From assembly GCF_003334255.1 (NCBI RefSeq), contig NZ_QOWU01000196.1: DNA of 716 nt. The stretch is one strand, 5' to 3'. The DNA comes from Escherichia coli. Lineage in GTDB: Bacteria; Pseudomonadota; Gammaproteobacteria; Enterobacterales; Enterobacteriaceae. This document shows, in pieces, positions 1-716 of the stretch. Position 1 is the first letter of the stretch. Each line of letters begins with the position of its first letter. The notes beneath the pieces are model-generated. The model had not been told where the DNA came from, ran no database searches, and saw only the letters and a program-made list of their open reading frames with translations. The translations under genes were made by a program, and so were the position numbers.

Positions 1-5
1 TTGAC

Positions 6-200
6 ATGACTGACTCCACTCAAACAAAAGACTTATACAGCGATTTACGCTTCATCATCATACAACAGCAATCAGGCAGGATGGATCCAACACGTGCAAG
101 CAAGGCCTGGAAAGAAGCCCTTACCGATCAGGGGATCGATGTAATTAGCGAAGTCATGGCTGAAGTGATTTTTAGGCTGACAAGAGACGAATCACTGTAA
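6..200 (+). CDS. Hypothetical small protein (64 aa from first ATG; start uncertain, possibly 5'-truncated at window edge)
   Basis: Open frame from ATG 6-8 to TAA 198-200. The frame stays open upstream to position 3, so the true start may lie outside the window, and no RBS can be assessed because only 5 nt precede the ATG. An in-frame internal ATG at 81-83 is an alternative start. Same strand as, and 25 bp upstream of, the better-supported ORF2. Product not recognised. Confidence 0.45.
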   Translation: MTDSTQTKDLYSDLRFIIIQQQSGRMDPTRASKAWKEALTDQGIDVISEVMAEVIFRLTRDESL

Positions 201-209
201 TCATCGCAT

Positions 210-225
210 AAGGACCGAGTGAAGA
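210..225 (+). promoter_or_regulatory. Putative ribosome-binding region for ORF2 (AAGGA at 210-214, GAAGA at 221-225)
   Basis: Purine-rich Shine-Dalgarno-like motifs directly upstream of ATG 226-228. AAGGA sits 11 nt from the start, which is on the long side; GAAGA abuts the start codon. Confidence 0.4.
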
Positions 226-561
226 ATGAAGCAACAACGAAATGCACGCATCAATAACAACACCGAACGCCACGTTGCACGCCAGCACTTCCGTAAAAAT
301 AGTGCGACCGTAACCACTGAAATCCACGCAACACCAGACGGCCATCCGATAAAACAAACCGGCAAGCACACCTGGACGATTGGCGACACTGGCATCGTTA
401 TTCACAAAAGTTTTCGCAGCCCTGTTACTGGCAGATTTAATTTCACCCTGACTCGCGGGGATGATTACTTCGGACAGGATTTCACATTTTTTGAAGCCTT
501 AAGAACGGCAGACAGATTAATCAACGGCCTGCGTTTTCAATATCCGGGAAGCAAGCACTGA
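226..561 (+). CDS. Hypothetical protein, 111 aa, with a strongly basic N-terminus and an aromatic-rich C-terminal half; function unknown
   Basis: Longest ORF in the window, ATG 226 to TGA 559-561, followed immediately in frame by TAA 562-564. It has an upstream SD-like motif and a single in-frame ATG. The antisense ORFs overlapping it are shorter and have Cys/Trp-rich composition typical of spurious reverse frames. No family recognised from memory. Confidence 0.6.
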   Translation: MKQQRNARINNNTERHVARQHFRKNSATVTTEIHATPDGHPIKQTGKHTWTIGDTGIVIHKSFRSPVTGRFNFTLTRGDDYFGQDFTFFEALRTADRLINGLRFQYPGSKH

Positions 562-566
562 TAAAT

Positions 567-572
567 AAAGGA
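567..572 (+). promoter_or_regulatory. Shine-Dalgarno-like motif (AAAGGA) for ORF3
   Basis: AAAGGA at 567-572 lies 7 nt upstream of ATG 580-582, which is near-ideal spacing, and sits just after the ORF2 tandem stops. Confidence 0.5.
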
Positions 573-579
573 TTCAGCC

Positions 580-716
580 ATGATCGAAGCCTACAAAATA
601 CTTATTAATAACGCGTTGCAGCGTTACCACTTCGAACTTGCAAACCGGGGCGTAACTAAGGATGAAAGCCTTCGTAACTCACTGCGCGGCGCAATTATGG
701 GGCTATACAACTGCGC
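580..716 (+). CDS. Hypothetical protein, N-terminal 45 codons only (3'-truncated by window end)
   Basis: ATG 580-582 with a well-spaced SD; frame is open through the window end (MIEAYKILINNALQRYHFELANRGVTKDESLRNSLRGAIMGLYNC...). It is absent from the supplied ORF track, presumably because no stop codon is reached. Same strand and 18 bp downstream of ORF2. Confidence 0.5.
   Translation, partial: MIEAYKILINNALQRYHFELANRGVTKDESLRNSLRGAIMGLYNC

Noticed and set aside
1-6. TTGACA, a perfect sigma70 -35 consensus hexamer, at the very start of the window
   Set aside because: No acceptable -10 hexamer lies at the required 16-19 bp spacing (the closest TATACA-like sequence at 34-39 is about 27 bp away). 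The hexamer overlaps the ORF1 reading frame and sits at the window edge, so it is most likely a chance match.
51-71. Homopolymeric codon run Ile-Ile-Ile-Gln-Gln-Gln in ORF1 (ATCATCATACAACAGCAA)
   Set aside because: It is a short low-complexity stretch that is not a true nucleotide tandem repeat. There is no evidence for slippage or phase variation.
84-137. Three GATC (Dam) sites within about 55 bp (84-87, 126-129, 134-137), including a BamHI site GGATCC and a ClaI site ATCGAT
   Set aside because: The window has only four GATC sites in total, which is close to the random expectation for this length. The cluster lies inside a coding frame, not in a regulatory intergenic region, so there is no basis for calling it a methylation-dependent switch.
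201-395. Minus-strand ORF of 64 aa from the six-frame track
   Set aside because: It is fully nested antisense within ORF2 and has Cys/Trp/Arg-rich composition typical of non-coding reverse frames. No independent support.
172-405. Minus-strand ORF of 77 aa from the six-frame track
   Set aside because: It is entirely antisense to the longer and better-supported ORF2 (and the ORF1 3' end). Its composition is Cys/Trp-rich and atypical (…VWCCVDFSGYGR…), and I see no convincing RBS on the minus strand. Most likely a spurious antisense frame.
405-417. Short AT-rich near-palindrome AAAAGTTTT within ORF2
   Set aside because: It is too short and AT-rich to form a stable hairpin and has no flanking GC stem, so it is not a terminator or a convincing binding site.
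6-716. Possible identity with small proteins of E. coli CP4-type cryptic prophages (DUF905/DUF987, CbeA/CbtA-like) or lambdoid nin-region proteins
   Set aside because: None of the three translated sequences matches these families as I recall them. Any such assignment would be a guess, so gene symbols are left blank pending a database search.

Overview
This 716-bp window holds three small co-directional ORFs on the + strand, packed head-to-tail like a polycistronic unit. ORF1 (6..200, 64 aa) has an uncertain start and may be 5'-truncated, because its frame is open to the window edge. ORF2 (226..561, 111 aa) is complete and ends in tandem stops TGA-TAA. ORF3 (580..>716, at least 45 aa) runs off the 3' edge. 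The gaps are short (25 bp and 18 bp), each with a Shine-Dalgarno-like purine motif, and I see no intrinsic terminator between genes. I do not recognise any of the three proteins as a named family, so all are called hypothetical and no gene symbols are given. No rRNA, tRNA, CRISPR array, IS or transposon end, or long repeat is visible. The layout resembles an accessory small-gene cassette from a prophage, plasmid or genomic island, but that is inference from organisation alone. Nothing in 716 bp can establish a novel system; the most I can support is an uncharacterised three-gene module that continues beyond both window edges.
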